From: a virus
Lineage: Duplodnaviria > Caudoviricetes
IMG/VR virus record: IMGVR_UViG_3300032218_000799
Location: 1 to 36,809 of that record
Direction: 5' to 3' (one strand)
DNA length: 36,809 nt
This document shows, piece by piece, positions 1-8,640 of this stretch. The notes beneath the pieces are model-generated. The model was given only the letters and a program-made list of their open reading frames with translations, was not told the origin of the DNA and searched no databases. Both the position numbers and the translations under genes were made by a program. The number at the start of each line of letters is the position of its first letter. The stretch's first letter is position 1.

Positions 1-11
1 AGTTTAAGCTA

Positions 12-45
12 GTTGTTTCCCACCCCTACGGGGGTGGGCAGCAAC
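12..45 (+). terminator. Stable hairpin (CCCACCCC-UACG-GGGGUGGG) without U-tract after an upstream stop codon
   Basis: 8-bp GC stem at 19-38 with cUACGg tetraloop and extension GTTG/CAAC; follows TAA at 5-7. Confidence 0.55.
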
Positions 46-61
46 GCTACGAAAGGCAGAT

Positions 62-319
62 ATGGCTTATCTATTTAAACCACCAACGGTAGAAGAAGGC
101 CCTGCTGGATTTGGAAGATTGTTTTGGCGTTTTAGAATTGCTCGTGCAAACACAATTCTTGTATATGGATCTATCGTTAAAAGCGAACGTACACCAGGAG
201 TAGATGAAACCCAATCAGCAGATTATTGCTATCTTGGCGGACATGAATACATCATAACAATTCCTGAATATAACATTTTAGTAGCTGCCGGATACGGCAA
301 TAACATCACTATAGTTTAA
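62..319 (+). CDS. Hypothetical phage protein
   Basis: 85-aa ORF with GAAAGG RBS; lies in the structural operon. Confidence 0.7.
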   Translation: MAYLFKPPTVEEGPAGFGRLFWRFRIARANTILVYGSIVKSERTPGVDETQSADYCYLGGHEYIITIPEYNILVAAGYGNNITIV

Positions 320-328
320 GGAGCCTTG

Positions 329-676
329 ATGAATCCAGGTAGATACAACATCACAGTTTATCAAGGTACAACATTTCAGTTAAGCCCAGTATGGAAAATT
401 GGTGGCGTACCTGTCATAATGTCAAATTACTCGGCAGATATGCAAGTTAGAGCTTCAACAGATACTGCAATAATAGTTGAACTTTCAACAACCAACGGCA
501 ATATAACTATTGACTCAGCTTATGGCAGAGTCAACTTAAATCTTAGTGCTGCCCAAACAGCAGTACTTCCTGCCGGTGTATATCAGTATGATCTAAACCT
601 TACTGATAATGACGCTAGCGTTACATACAAGATACTTCAAGGAGCTTTTGTAGTGGCAGCGAGTGTGACCCACTAA
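329..676 (+). CDS. Virion beta-sandwich (tail/fibre adaptor-like) protein
   Basis: AAGGAG RBS; pattern YNITVYQGTTF...GVYQYDL...KILQG typical of phage Ig-like adaptor proteins. Confidence 0.6.
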   Translation: MNPGRYNITVYQGTTFQLSPVWKIGGVPVIMSNYSADMQVRASTDTAIIVELSTTNGNITIDSAYGRVNLNLSAAQTAVLPAGVYQYDLNLTDNDASVTYKILQGAFVVAASVTH

Positions 677-1014
677 TGACAGTCACACCAGATAGCATTT
701 CTGTAATTGAAATACCAATTTCAACAAATGTCTTTGACGTACTTACAACACAAACTTTAACAATTGAACTCGGTCCACTTGGACCACAAGGCCCATCTGG
801 TCCACAAGGTTCTACTGCAAATGTATTTTATACCCATGTGCAAGCAACGCCATCTGCTGTATGGACAATTGCTCATAACTTAAATGGCTATCCAACAGCA
901 GTAGTTTTAGATTCAGCAGGAACGCAATGCGAAGGTTCGTTTAATTATACAGATACAAACACAATGGTTATTACCTTTACTGCTGCCTTTAGCGGTAATG
1001 CTTACGTTATATAG
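676..1014 (+). CDS. Small tail-fibre-associated protein with short collagen-like segment
   Basis: GPLGPQGPSGPQG followed by a WTIAHNL fibre domain; TAATG coupling. Confidence 0.65.
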   Translation: MTVTPDSISVIEIPISTNVFDVLTTQTLTIELGPLGPQGPSGPQGSTANVFYTHVQATPSAVWTIAHNLNGYPTAVVLDSAGTQCEGSFNYTDTNTMVITFTAAFSGNAYVI

Positions 1015-1022
1015 GAGATAAA

Positions 1023-2528
1023 ATGTCACGCAAGTTTTTAGTTAACATAGACCTTAGCAAAAACGAACTTCAAAATGCTGTCATTCAAAATCTTGCTACT
1101 GCTCCTTCATCACCTGTTGCGGGGCAAGTTTATTACGATACTGTTGAAAAACAATTATTTGTTTGGAACGGTACGGCTTGGAACCAGTCAACAGGAATTG
1201 AAACAGGCACTCTTGCTGGTAGGCCAGCAGCAGGTGCAGCGACCACAGGCATATTTTACTATGCCACAGATAACTTTCTTATGTACTACTCAAACGGTAG
1301 CACATGGCAACAGATAGATGCTTTTGGTTCTGGCTCATCTACAACAGTTGCAATTGCCGGAACAGCAGCCGATGGAACATCAACTAACTACGCTCGTGCT
1401 GACCATGCCCATGCTGGTCCAGGCTTTGCTGCACCAACAAGCACAACCACTTATGGCCTATCTGCTGTAACAGGTTCTGCTACCACAGTAGCTCGCTCAG
1501 ATCACACTCATGGAACTCCATCACTTTCTACAAACGCTGCAACAAATATTTCTACCACAACTGCTGCAAACGGTTCTGGTACTGCACCTGCTAAAGATGA
1601 CCACGTTCACGGTTTTGCACCTAGCGGATTTGCGCTTAGCGCATTTGGCGTACCTACCTCTGCTGTTGCATTTAACGCACAAAAGATTACTGGTCTTGCT
1701 GATCCAACTCTTGCTCAAGATGCAGCTACTAAAAACTATGTAGATGGCGTTGCACAAGGACTTGACGTAAAACAGTCTGTACGTGCAGCTACAACCACAG
1801 CTGGAACACTTGCTACATCATTTATTAACGGTTCCGTAATTGACGGAGTTACCCTTGTAACTGGCGATAGAATCCTTATTAAAAACCAAGCCACCCAGAC
1901 TGAAAACGGTATTTATACTGTTAACTTAGCAACTGCTCCTACACGTTCTACTGATATGGATACTAATACAGAAGTAGTGGGAGCATTTACTTTTGTTGAA
2001 GAAGGTACAACTTTAGCTGATACTGGTTGGGTGTGTACAGCTAATGCGCCCGTTACACTTGGAACAACAAACATTGCCTTTACACAATTTTCAGGTGCAG
2101 GTACTTATTCTGCTTCTAACGGTGTATTACTTACGGGTAACAACTTTACTTTTGCCCCACTTTCCACAGGTGGTTTACAGACAGCTTCTGGTGGGGGTTC
2201 CGTTAAACTTCCTACAAACTCAGGTTTAGTAACTGATTCTACTGGTTTATATGTAGGAGCTGGTACAGGTATTGTAGTAAGCACAGGAACGGTATCTATT
2301 GATACAGCTGTTGTGGCTCGTAAATATTCTACTACCCTTGCTACTTCTGCTACCTCTTACACAGTAACTCATAGCCTTGGAACACTTGATGTACATGTAC
2401 AGGTTTATACAGTAGCCGATGGATCAGAAGTAATGGTTGATAATCTTCGTGCTACAACAAATACCGTTACCCTTAATTTCTCAGTAGCTCCTAGTGCAAA
2501 TGTTTACCGTGTAGTTGTTATAGGATAA
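1023..2528 (+). CDS. Tail fibre protein
   Basis: Thr/Ala/Gly-rich; three A(R/K)xDHxH repeats; DAATKNYVD and DRILIKNQ..ENGIY fibre motifs; AGGAG RBS. Confidence 0.8.
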   Translation: MSRKFLVNIDLSKNELQNAVIQNLATAPSSPVAGQVYYDTVEKQLFVWNGTAWNQSTGIETGTLAGRPAAGAATTGIFYYATDNFLMYYSNGSTWQQIDAFGSGSSTTVAIAGTAADGTSTNYARADHAHAGPGFAAPTSTTTYGLSAVTGSATTVARSDHTHGTPSLSTNAATNISTTTAANGSGTAPAKDDHVHGFAPSGFALSAFGVPTSAVAFNAQKITGLADPTLAQDAATKNYVDGVAQGLDVKQSVRAATTTAGTLATSFINGSVIDGVTLVTGDRILIKNQATQTENGIYTVNLATAPTRSTDMDTNTEVVGAFTFVEEGTTLADTGWVCTANAPVTLGTTNIAFTQFSGAGTYSASNGVLLTGNNFTFAPLSTGGLQTASGGGSVKLPTNSGLVTDSTGLYVGAGTGIVVSTGTVSIDTAVVARKYSTTLATSATSYTVTHSLGTLDVHVQVYTVADGSEVMVDNLRATTNTVTLNFSVAPSANVYRVVVIG

Positions 2529-2532
2529 CCCT

Positions 2533-2739
2533 ATGAGTAAACTTGCTTTAGATCCTATTAATAACCTATCGTCATCAACTGCCCCAACTTTGCCTACGCT
2601 ACGAGCTGGTGATGTGTATTTTAATACTACAACTAACCAGCTCAATGTTTATACCGGTTCTGCTTGGATAGCGATAGGAACAGTTAACAATCAAACTAAT
2701 GCAACTATTGCAGATACTCTTATGCTTGGTGGTATGTGA
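2533..2739 (+). CDS. Small fibre-associated protein
   Basis: GDVYFNTTTNQLNVYTGSAW motif paralogous to the N-terminus of the 1023 gene (GQVYYDT..QLFVWNGTAW). Confidence 0.6.
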   Translation: MSKLALDPINNLSSSTAPTLPTLRAGDVYFNTTTNQLNVYTGSAWIAIGTVNNQTNATIADTLMLGGM

Positions 2740-2751
2740 TACGCTTATACC
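2737..2751 (+). promoter_or_regulatory. Putative extended -10 promoter giving a leaderless mRNA
   Basis: TG-A-TACGCT (2737-2745) 6 nt before ATG 2752; no SD. Confidence 0.5.
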
Positions 2752-3849
2752 ATGAAGATAGCTGTTTATGCAATTTCAAAGAATGAGATTCTTCATGTTG
2801 AACGTTGGGCAAAAGCTACTGAAGGTGCTGATTATAGGATTGTTGCTGATACTGGCAGTACGGATGGCACACAAAAAGCTCTTAAAGAACTGGGCGTAAC
2901 TGTTCATCAAATTAGTATCAAACCATTTAGGTTTGATATGGCTCGTAATGCTGCTTTGGCTTTGGTTCCAGAAGATGCAGATGTTTGCCTTATCTTAGAT
3001 ATGGACGAAGTACCAGAACCTACCTTCTTTAAAAAGGTACGAAAGCATTGGAAGTCTGGTACGGATCATGGTTGGATAACCATGAAAACGGATAGCAACA
3101 AATGGGAACGGGATAGGCTTCATTCCCGATACGGTTGGACATGGAAGTATCCATGTCACGAAGTTAATATTTGGTATGACAAACGCCCATCAACTGATTG
3201 TGACGTAAGAAGTGCAGTCATTGAGCATCTGCCAGATAGTAATAAATCCAGAGGCCAATACATAGACCTTCTTGAAATGGCAGTCAAAGAATACCCTGAA
3301 GATCCACGCATGTGGACTTATATGTGTCGTGAGTATTTCTTCTATGACCGGTGGGAAGATGTAATAAAAACTGCCACAAAGAAACTTGAATACGGTGGAT
3401 GGGATATTGAAAGTGCAGCTGTTTGCCGATGGGCAGGTGAAGCTTCCCATCAATTAGGTAAGCAAGAAGAAGCAAGAACCTGGTATGACAAAGGCCGTGA
3501 TTTACTTCCCAATCAAGGTGAACCACAGTTTGGTGTAGCACTAGATGCTTACCGAAAACAAGAATGGCAACGATGTTTAGATGCCACTTTAAATGCTTTG
3601 GAATGTTCCCGTTCCAAACATTATTGTTATGAGTCGGCAGTTTGGGATTGGAAAGCATATGACCTTGCTTCAATTTCCGCTTATAACCTTAAACATTTTG
3701 ATGAAGCGATAGTCTTTGCCGAAGCTGCTGTTAAAGCTAATGGCCCAGAACAAGAACGAATTGTTCGCAATTTAAACTTCTTTAAAAATAACTTAAACTT
3801 TTTTAAGAAAGAGAAAAATGGATCATCAGCATTTAGCAAAAATTATTGA
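2752..3849 (+). CDS. Family 2 glycosyltransferase with C-terminal TPR-like helices
   Basis: ISKNE, DTGSTDGT, FDMARNAAL, LDMDE (DxD) and HE motifs; helical repeats in the C-terminal half. Confidence 0.9.
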   Translation: MKIAVYAISKNEILHVERWAKATEGADYRIVADTGSTDGTQKALKELGVTVHQISIKPFRFDMARNAALALVPEDADVCLILDMDEVPEPTFFKKVRKHWKSGTDHGWITMKTDSNKWERDRLHSRYGWTWKYPCHEVNIWYDKRPSTDCDVRSAVIEHLPDSNKSRGQYIDLLEMAVKEYPEDPRMWTYMCREYFFYDRWEDVIKTATKKLEYGGWDIESAAVCRWAGEASHQLGKQEEARTWYDKGRDLLPNQGEPQFGVALDAYRKQEWQRCLDATLNALECSRSKHYCYESAVWDWKAYDLASISAYNLKHFDEAIVFAEAAVKANGPEQERIVRNLNFFKNNLNFFKKEKNGSSAFSKNY

Positions 3850-4261
3850 CTGGGCATTTGATGCAAACAAAAATTTTATACCTTCTAAATACGGCTGTAC
3901 CCAATGCGATGAAACGTTTACCCAAATACCAGTTTATGATGAAGCACCATCGGATCATAGCAAGCATACTAATTATGTTGACTCTTGTTTTGGTTGCAAG
4001 GTTAAAACATTAGAACTTTCCACAGGTGATGCCGGACGAGCAGATTCAATGTCTGACAAAAAGTGGAATAGAGAGTTGCAAGATTATCGCAACGCTAGAG
4101 CGCAAGGTATCCAGCCAGCAGGAACTTCTGCAAAGCAGATCCAAGATGCTCACGAAGCAAGTGAAAAATTAGGCAAAGCCTATAATGCTGACGTTATGCC
4201 AGCAACTAACAGAATAACCAAACAGACTGCAAAGTCATTCACAGAAGCAGGAGTAGTTTAA
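3818..4261 (+). CDS. Hypothetical phage protein with two CxxC motifs
   Basis: 147-aa ORF; CTQC and CFGC. Confidence 0.65.
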   Translation: MDHQHLAKIIDWAFDANKNFIPSKYGCTQCDETFTQIPVYDEAPSDHSKHTNYVDSCFGCKVKTLELSTGDAGRADSMSDKKWNRELQDYRNARAQGIQPAGTSAKQIQDAHEASEKLGKAYNADVMPATNRITKQTAKSFTEAGVV

Positions 4262-4440
4262 TGGCATACACTTCAAAAATGGATATGAAGCAAGACGCTA
4301 AAATGACAAAAGGATTAAATCCAAAGCAGAAAGCAGCCTTTAAAAAAGGTGATGCTGCAATGGATAAGAAGAAGCCATCTGCTAAAGCAGATATGAAAAT
4401 GGACAAAGCATTAGTAGCAAAGATCAAAAAGGGTAAGTAA
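4261..4440 (+). CDS. Lys/Ala/Met-rich basic mini-protein (59 aa; not in ORF track)
   Basis: MAYTSKMDMKQDAKMTKG...KIKKGK; AGGAG RBS; TAATG overlaps on both sides. Confidence 0.75.
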   Translation: MAYTSKMDMKQDAKMTKGLNPKQKAAFKKGDAAMDKKKPSAKADMKMDKALVAKIKKGK

Positions 4441-4733
4441 TGTCTGAGGCTTGGCAGAAGAAAGAAGGCAAGAACCCTAAAGGCGGATTAAACGCTAAGG
4501 GTAGAGCTTCACTCAAAGCAAAGGGTCAAGATATTAAAGCACCTGTTAAGTCAGGCGATAACCCACGCAGAGCATCTTTTCTAGCTCGTATGGGTGGTAT
4601 GCCTGGTCCTGAAAAGAAACCCAATGGTGAGCCAACACGCTTATTGCTATCACTTCAAGCATGGGGCGCATCATCTAAGGCTAATGCTAAAAGCAAAGCA
4701 GCTGCTATTTCTAAAAGAAACAAAGGTAAATAA
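4440..4733 (+). CDS. Basic phage protein (DUF6321-like)
   Basis: AWQKKEGKNPKGGLNAKGRAS...RRASFLARM...PTRLLLSLQAWG pattern. Confidence 0.7.
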   Translation: MSEAWQKKEGKNPKGGLNAKGRASLKAKGQDIKAPVKSGDNPRRASFLARMGGMPGPEKKPNGEPTRLLLSLQAWGASSKANAKSKAAAISKRNKGK

Positions 4734-4734
4734 C

Positions 4735-4926
4735 ATGGCAACAGCAAAAAAAGGTATGGGATTTGCAGCAGCGCAAAAGTCTATTGCTAAGAAGCAAGGT
4801 ATCCCGATGGAAAACGCTGGTGCAATTCTTGCAGCTGGCGCTCGCAAAGCAAGTCCAGCAGCAAAGAAAGCTAATCCAAATCTTAAAAAAGTAACAATGC
4901 CAAAAAAGAAAATGGGTGGTAAATAA
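4735..4926 (+). CDS. Lys/Ala-rich basic mini-protein (63 aa)
   Basis: MATAKKGMGFAAAQK...; ATG 1 nt after the upstream stop; replaces the longer GTG call at 4594. Confidence 0.75.
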   Translation: MATAKKGMGFAAAQKSIAKKQGIPMENAGAILAAGARKASPAAKKANPNLKKVTMPKKKMGGK

Positions 4927-4927
4927 T

Positions 4928-5041
4928 ATGTGCAAAGAATGTGGATGTAATTCAAGCATGATTGGCAAGCCAGCTGACAAACTAACAGGTAAGCCACAAG
5001 ATCCATACGGTCAGTACGAAGGTGTTGGCGGAACTAAGTAA
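4928..5041 (+). CDS. 37-aa Cys-containing mini-protein
   Basis: MCKECGCNSSMIGKPADK...; fills the gap and starts 1 nt after the upstream stop. Confidence 0.55.
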   Translation: MCKECGCNSSMIGKPADKLTGKPQDPYGQYEGVGGTK

Positions 5042-5067
5042 TTAAACAATTTTAGAAAGGATCTGAT

Positions 5068-5349
5068 ATGGCATTAACAGATGGCAGAACTACTGTTTAC
5101 CATTTAAATCGTTTAGCTGGTACATTGATTAACGATATTCCGCAATATGATTTTAATGGTGCAGCAAACATTTGGGCTTTCAATGTTACGGGAAAAAATT
5201 ACAGCCGAGGTATTGATGCTTTAAATCAGATTTATGCTTTTCGTAATAGTGGAAAAAATTATCAATATGATACCCCTGGTGCGTTTAATGCCCTTGCTGG
5301 AACCTTTGGTCTTGGTGAAGCAGAGGCAGCACGAAGGATTGCATCATGA
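5068..5349 (+). CDS. Hypothetical virion-region protein
   Basis: GAAAGGA RBS; repeated LNxLAG-type motif; ATGA overlap with the next gene. Confidence 0.65.
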   Translation: MALTDGRTTVYHLNRLAGTLINDIPQYDFNGAANIWAFNVTGKNYSRGIDALNQIYAFRNSGKNYQYDTPGAFNALAGTFGLGEAEAARRIAS

Positions 5350-6239
5350 GTACCTTTGTAAATATCATAGATGAAACAGCACTTGCTTTGACTGGTTATA
5401 CCAATCGTCAAGATCAAGCTACATACCTTATATCTGATATGACTTCAACGGCTACTACTTTTGTAGTAGCCGATGGAACTGTTCTCACTCGTGGATTAGT
5501 TGAAATAGATGATGAATTGATATGGGTAGATTCTTTTGATCGCACAAATAACACAGCAACAATTCCATCATATGGTCGTGGGTTTCGTGATACCACAGCA
5601 ACAACTCATACTGCCGGTACTCGCGTAACCATTACTCCTTCTTTCCCAAGATCAGTAATTAGACGAAATGTTAATCTAGCTATTGATGCGCTTTATCCTG
5701 ATTTGTTTGGTGTTTATTATACAACTTTTACTTTTCAAGCAGCGGTAACTACCTATGTACTTCCACAAGAAGCCATTGATGTTCTTGGTGCTGCGTGGCA
5801 AACCATCGGCCCATCTAAAGAATGGCTACCTATCCGGCATTACCGAGTAGATCGTATGGCTAACCCTACCTATTGGGGTAGTGGAAAAACCATCTCTATC
5901 CGTGAAGGTATTATTCCTGGTCGTACTGTACAAATTACTTATACCAAAAAGCCAACCACACTTACTTATGATTCAGATGATTTTGCATCGTTAACTGGTT
6001 TGCCAGATTCAGCTCGTGAAGTTGTTGTCCTTGGTGCTGCATACCGTACAGCAATGTACTTAGATATGGGTAGGGTGCCAGCACAGACAGCTGAAGCGGA
6101 TTCCCAAAGCCAATCAGATCCTATTGGATCTGCTACCAATATTGGAAGATCAATACAACAGCTTTACCAGCAACGCCTTATGATAGAAATACGTCGTTTG
6201 CAAGAACAATATCCGCCTAGAACCCATTACACAAGCTAA
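5346..6239 (+). CDS. Putative tail adaptor (tail tubular protein A-like)
   Basis: Size and position upstream of a nozzle-like gene; ITYTKKPTTL..D..GLPDSAREVVVLGAAYR C-terminal pattern. Confidence 0.55.
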   Translation: MSTFVNIIDETALALTGYTNRQDQATYLISDMTSTATTFVVADGTVLTRGLVEIDDELIWVDSFDRTNNTATIPSYGRGFRDTTATTHTAGTRVTITPSFPRSVIRRNVNLAIDALYPDLFGVYYTTFTFQAAVTTYVLPQEAIDVLGAAWQTIGPSKEWLPIRHYRVDRMANPTYWGSGKTISIREGIIPGRTVQITYTKKPTTLTYDSDDFASLTGLPDSAREVVVLGAAYRTAMYLDMGRVPAQTAEADSQSQSDPIGSATNIGRSIQQLYQQRLMIEIRRLQEQYPPRTHYTS

Positions 6240-6248
6240 GGATAACCA

Positions 6249-6683
6249 ATGGCATCCCGTTATTATAGCGCAATAGCGCAAGATTCAGTTGTGACAAGTT
6301 ACATGTCACCTTCGGCAACAAGCGTAACTGTTTCTTCAGTTACCGGTTATCCAAGTCAATTTCCATTTATTCTTGCTTTTGATTATAATAATTCAACTGA
6401 AGAACTTGTTAGCATTGTTGGCGTAAGCGGACTTACTTTAACAATTGGCGTTACTGCTGGGGTGGCAAACGTATCTGGTAGAGGATATAATTCAACAACT
6501 GCTGTGGCTCATAGCGTTGGCGCAACAGTACGACATGTTATTACAGCACAAGATTTAACAGATGCTCAAAACCATTACGGAGCCACAACTTCTGTACATG
6601 GAATTGCTGATACATCCAAATTAATAACTACTACAAATTTAGCAGATTCATTAAGTAATGCGTTCCTGACAATGGGCGCTTAA
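6249..6683 (+). CDS. Tail/fibre-attachment protein
   Basis: EELV...RGY.STTAVAHSVGATVRH domain (similar to an internal domain of the 5346 gene); HGIADTS; ends FLTMGA. Confidence 0.6.
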   Translation: MASRYYSAIAQDSVVTSYMSPSATSVTVSSVTGYPSQFPFILAFDYNNSTEELVSIVGVSGLTLTIGVTAGVANVSGRGYNSTTAVAHSVGATVRHVITAQDLTDAQNHYGATTSVHGIADTSKLITTTNLADSLSNAFLTMGA

Positions 6684-6702
6684 CCAAGCAAAGGAAAAAT
6701 AA

Positions 6703-7053
6703 ATGGCAAGCACATATAAAGTTCTTGGGCAAGCGGTACCAGCAGCAACAACAGCAGCAGGTGCAGCATCAAGCCTTACTACCCTATACACAGTTCCATC
6801 GTCAACGTCAACAATTGTATCAAGTGTAACAATTTGTAATCAGACTACAACAACTCAAACATATCGCGTGTCAGCACGTGTTGCAGCATTAGCAGATACA
6901 CCAAAACAATACATTGTTTACGATGTAAGCATTGGTGCCAATGCTACCGATACACTTACCCTTGGTTTAACGCTTGCCACTACAGATGTTTTATCTATTG
7001 CAGCTTCTTCCACTTCTGTTTCTTTCAATGCTTACGGATCGGAAATATTGTAA
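6703..7053 (+). CDS. Small fibre-associated beta protein
   Basis: MASTYKVLGQ...TTLYTVP...SFNAYGSEI; AAGGA RBS. Confidence 0.65.
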   Translation: MASTYKVLGQAVPAATTAAGAASSLTTLYTVPSSTSTIVSSVTICNQTTTTQTYRVSARVAALADTPKQYIVYDVSIGANATDTLTLGLTLATTDVLSIAASSTSVSFNAYGSEIL

Positions 7054-7054
7054 A

Positions 7055-8569
7055 ATGACTGTTATCCGTCATCCTAATACTCAAACTCTTATTAATCCAA
7101 CCATTGATGTAATTAACACTTCTTTAACTACTTCTGGTACGGCAACGTTATGGGATACAGGACTTACCACAGGTAACGTCTCAGTTGGTGGAGCAGTTAC
7201 TACTGGAAATATATCAATAGGAACTGGTCTTACAACGGGAATTGTTAAACTAGGTAACTCAATATCTATAAGCGGAGCAACAGGGCAAACTATTTCCACG
7301 CCAACAGTAGGGTCGGGCAGTAGTAACGGAATCACGATTCAATCTGGTAACTCTCCAAGTACGCCTGGAACTGTCCTTATTAAAGCTGGCGGTGATGGAG
7401 CAAACGCATACGGTGGCTCAATAACATTAAACGGCGGAACCCCTTCTATTGGTGGGGCTCTTACTATTCAAGCAGGAACTTACGCAAGCACAGGTACGGG
7501 TGGTGCGCTCAATTTACAGGCAGGCGGTGGTTCAACAAACGGAGCTATTACTATCGGCACAACAAACGCAGCTAGCGTAGGTATTGGTAAAGCTGGTGTA
7601 ACAACAACAGTAAGCGGGACATTGTCTGCTAGCACATTAACCACTACTACTGTTACAGGATTTAACTCAGGAGCGACTGACAATTTATTTAATGATGTTA
7701 CAACAGGAACAGTCAACCTTGCTAATGGTGTAACTACTGGAACAATAGGTATTGGTACAGCCGTTGGTTCAGCAGTTGGTACTGGAACAATCAACATTGG
7801 CACTTCGGCTGGTATTGCTAGTGGAGTTAAAGCAATTAACATCGGTACTGGTTTAACTGCTGGAACTGCTACTATTGCATTAGGTGATACTTCAAGTACT
7901 ACTACCATTACTAGCAGCACACTTAATCTTAGTAGCAATAATATATTATTAAAAAATAGCTCTGGCTCTTACAATTATTTCAAATTCTTCAACCCTGCTG
8001 CAAACTCATCACAATTTCAAAGCCCAGACACGGCTACTGCAAGCACACAAAGTTTTAATATGTTTATCGTTTCTGGTAACGCAAGCGGAACTACATCAAA
8101 TTCTGGAAATATATCTATAGACTCAGGAACTGCAACTGGTACTACTGGAACAGTATCTTTTGGAGGCACAAACGCTTCAGCTGTAACACTTGGACGTTCA
8201 GCAGTTGTCACTCAAACTAACGGCTACCGTACAACTATTCAACCAACGCCAAGCGCACAGAACGCCACCGCAACTGTAACACTAGCAAACTTGCTTACAG
8301 AAATTATTACAAGCAACTCAGCAACGGCGGTGGCATTAACCCTTCCAACAGGTACAAATATGCAAGCGACACCGTTTGCTACATTGGTCACTAACCAAGC
8401 GTTTGATTGGTCAATTATTAACACAGGCTCTTCGGCTGGCGCAGTAACCCTCACGGCTAATACTGCCCACACAATCGTCGGAAACGCAGTCGTAGCAATT
8501 TCAACTTCGGCTAGATGGCGTTCGGTTAATACCGCGTCTAACACTTGGGTAACATATAGAATTAGCTAA
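7055..8569 (+). CDS. Tail fibre/spike (receptor-binding) protein
   Basis: Gly/Thr/Ser-rich with GxIxIGT beta-repeats; ATG 7055 directly after the upstream stop. Confidence 0.75.
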   Translation: MTVIRHPNTQTLINPTIDVINTSLTTSGTATLWDTGLTTGNVSVGGAVTTGNISIGTGLTTGIVKLGNSISISGATGQTISTPTVGSGSSNGITIQSGNSPSTPGTVLIKAGGDGANAYGGSITLNGGTPSIGGALTIQAGTYASTGTGGALNLQAGGGSTNGAITIGTTNAASVGIGKAGVTTTVSGTLSASTLTTTTVTGFNSGATDNLFNDVTTGTVNLANGVTTGTIGIGTAVGSAVGTGTINIGTSAGIASGVKAINIGTGLTAGTATIALGDTSSTTTITSSTLNLSSNNILLKNSSGSYNYFKFFNPAANSSQFQSPDTATASTQSFNMFIVSGNASGTTSNSGNISIDSGTATGTTGTVSFGGTNASAVTLGRSAVVTQTNGYRTTIQPTPSAQNATATVTLANLLTEIITSNSATAVALTLPTGTNMQATPFATLVTNQAFDWSIINTGSSAGAVTLTANTAHTIVGNAVVAISTSARWRSVNTASNTWVTYRIS

Positions 8570-8587
8570 TTAAAAACGCAAAACATT

Positions 8588-8615
8588 AAAAACCCCACTT
8601 CGGTGGGGTTTTTTT
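8588..8615 (+). terminator. Rho-independent terminator
   Basis: AAAAACCCCAC-TTCG-GTGGGGTTTTTTT. Confidence 0.9.
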
Positions 8616-8640
8616 ATTGGAACAAACATAAGGAGACGAA

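Noticed and set aside
7081-8544. Antisense ORFs within fibre and other long genes, and short alternative-frame ORFs in the track
   Set aside because: Shadow frames of biased codon usage; no RBS or recognisable motifs.
7055-8569. Diversity-generating retroelement target in the fibre gene
   Set aside because: No template/variable repeat pair or reverse transcriptase in the window.
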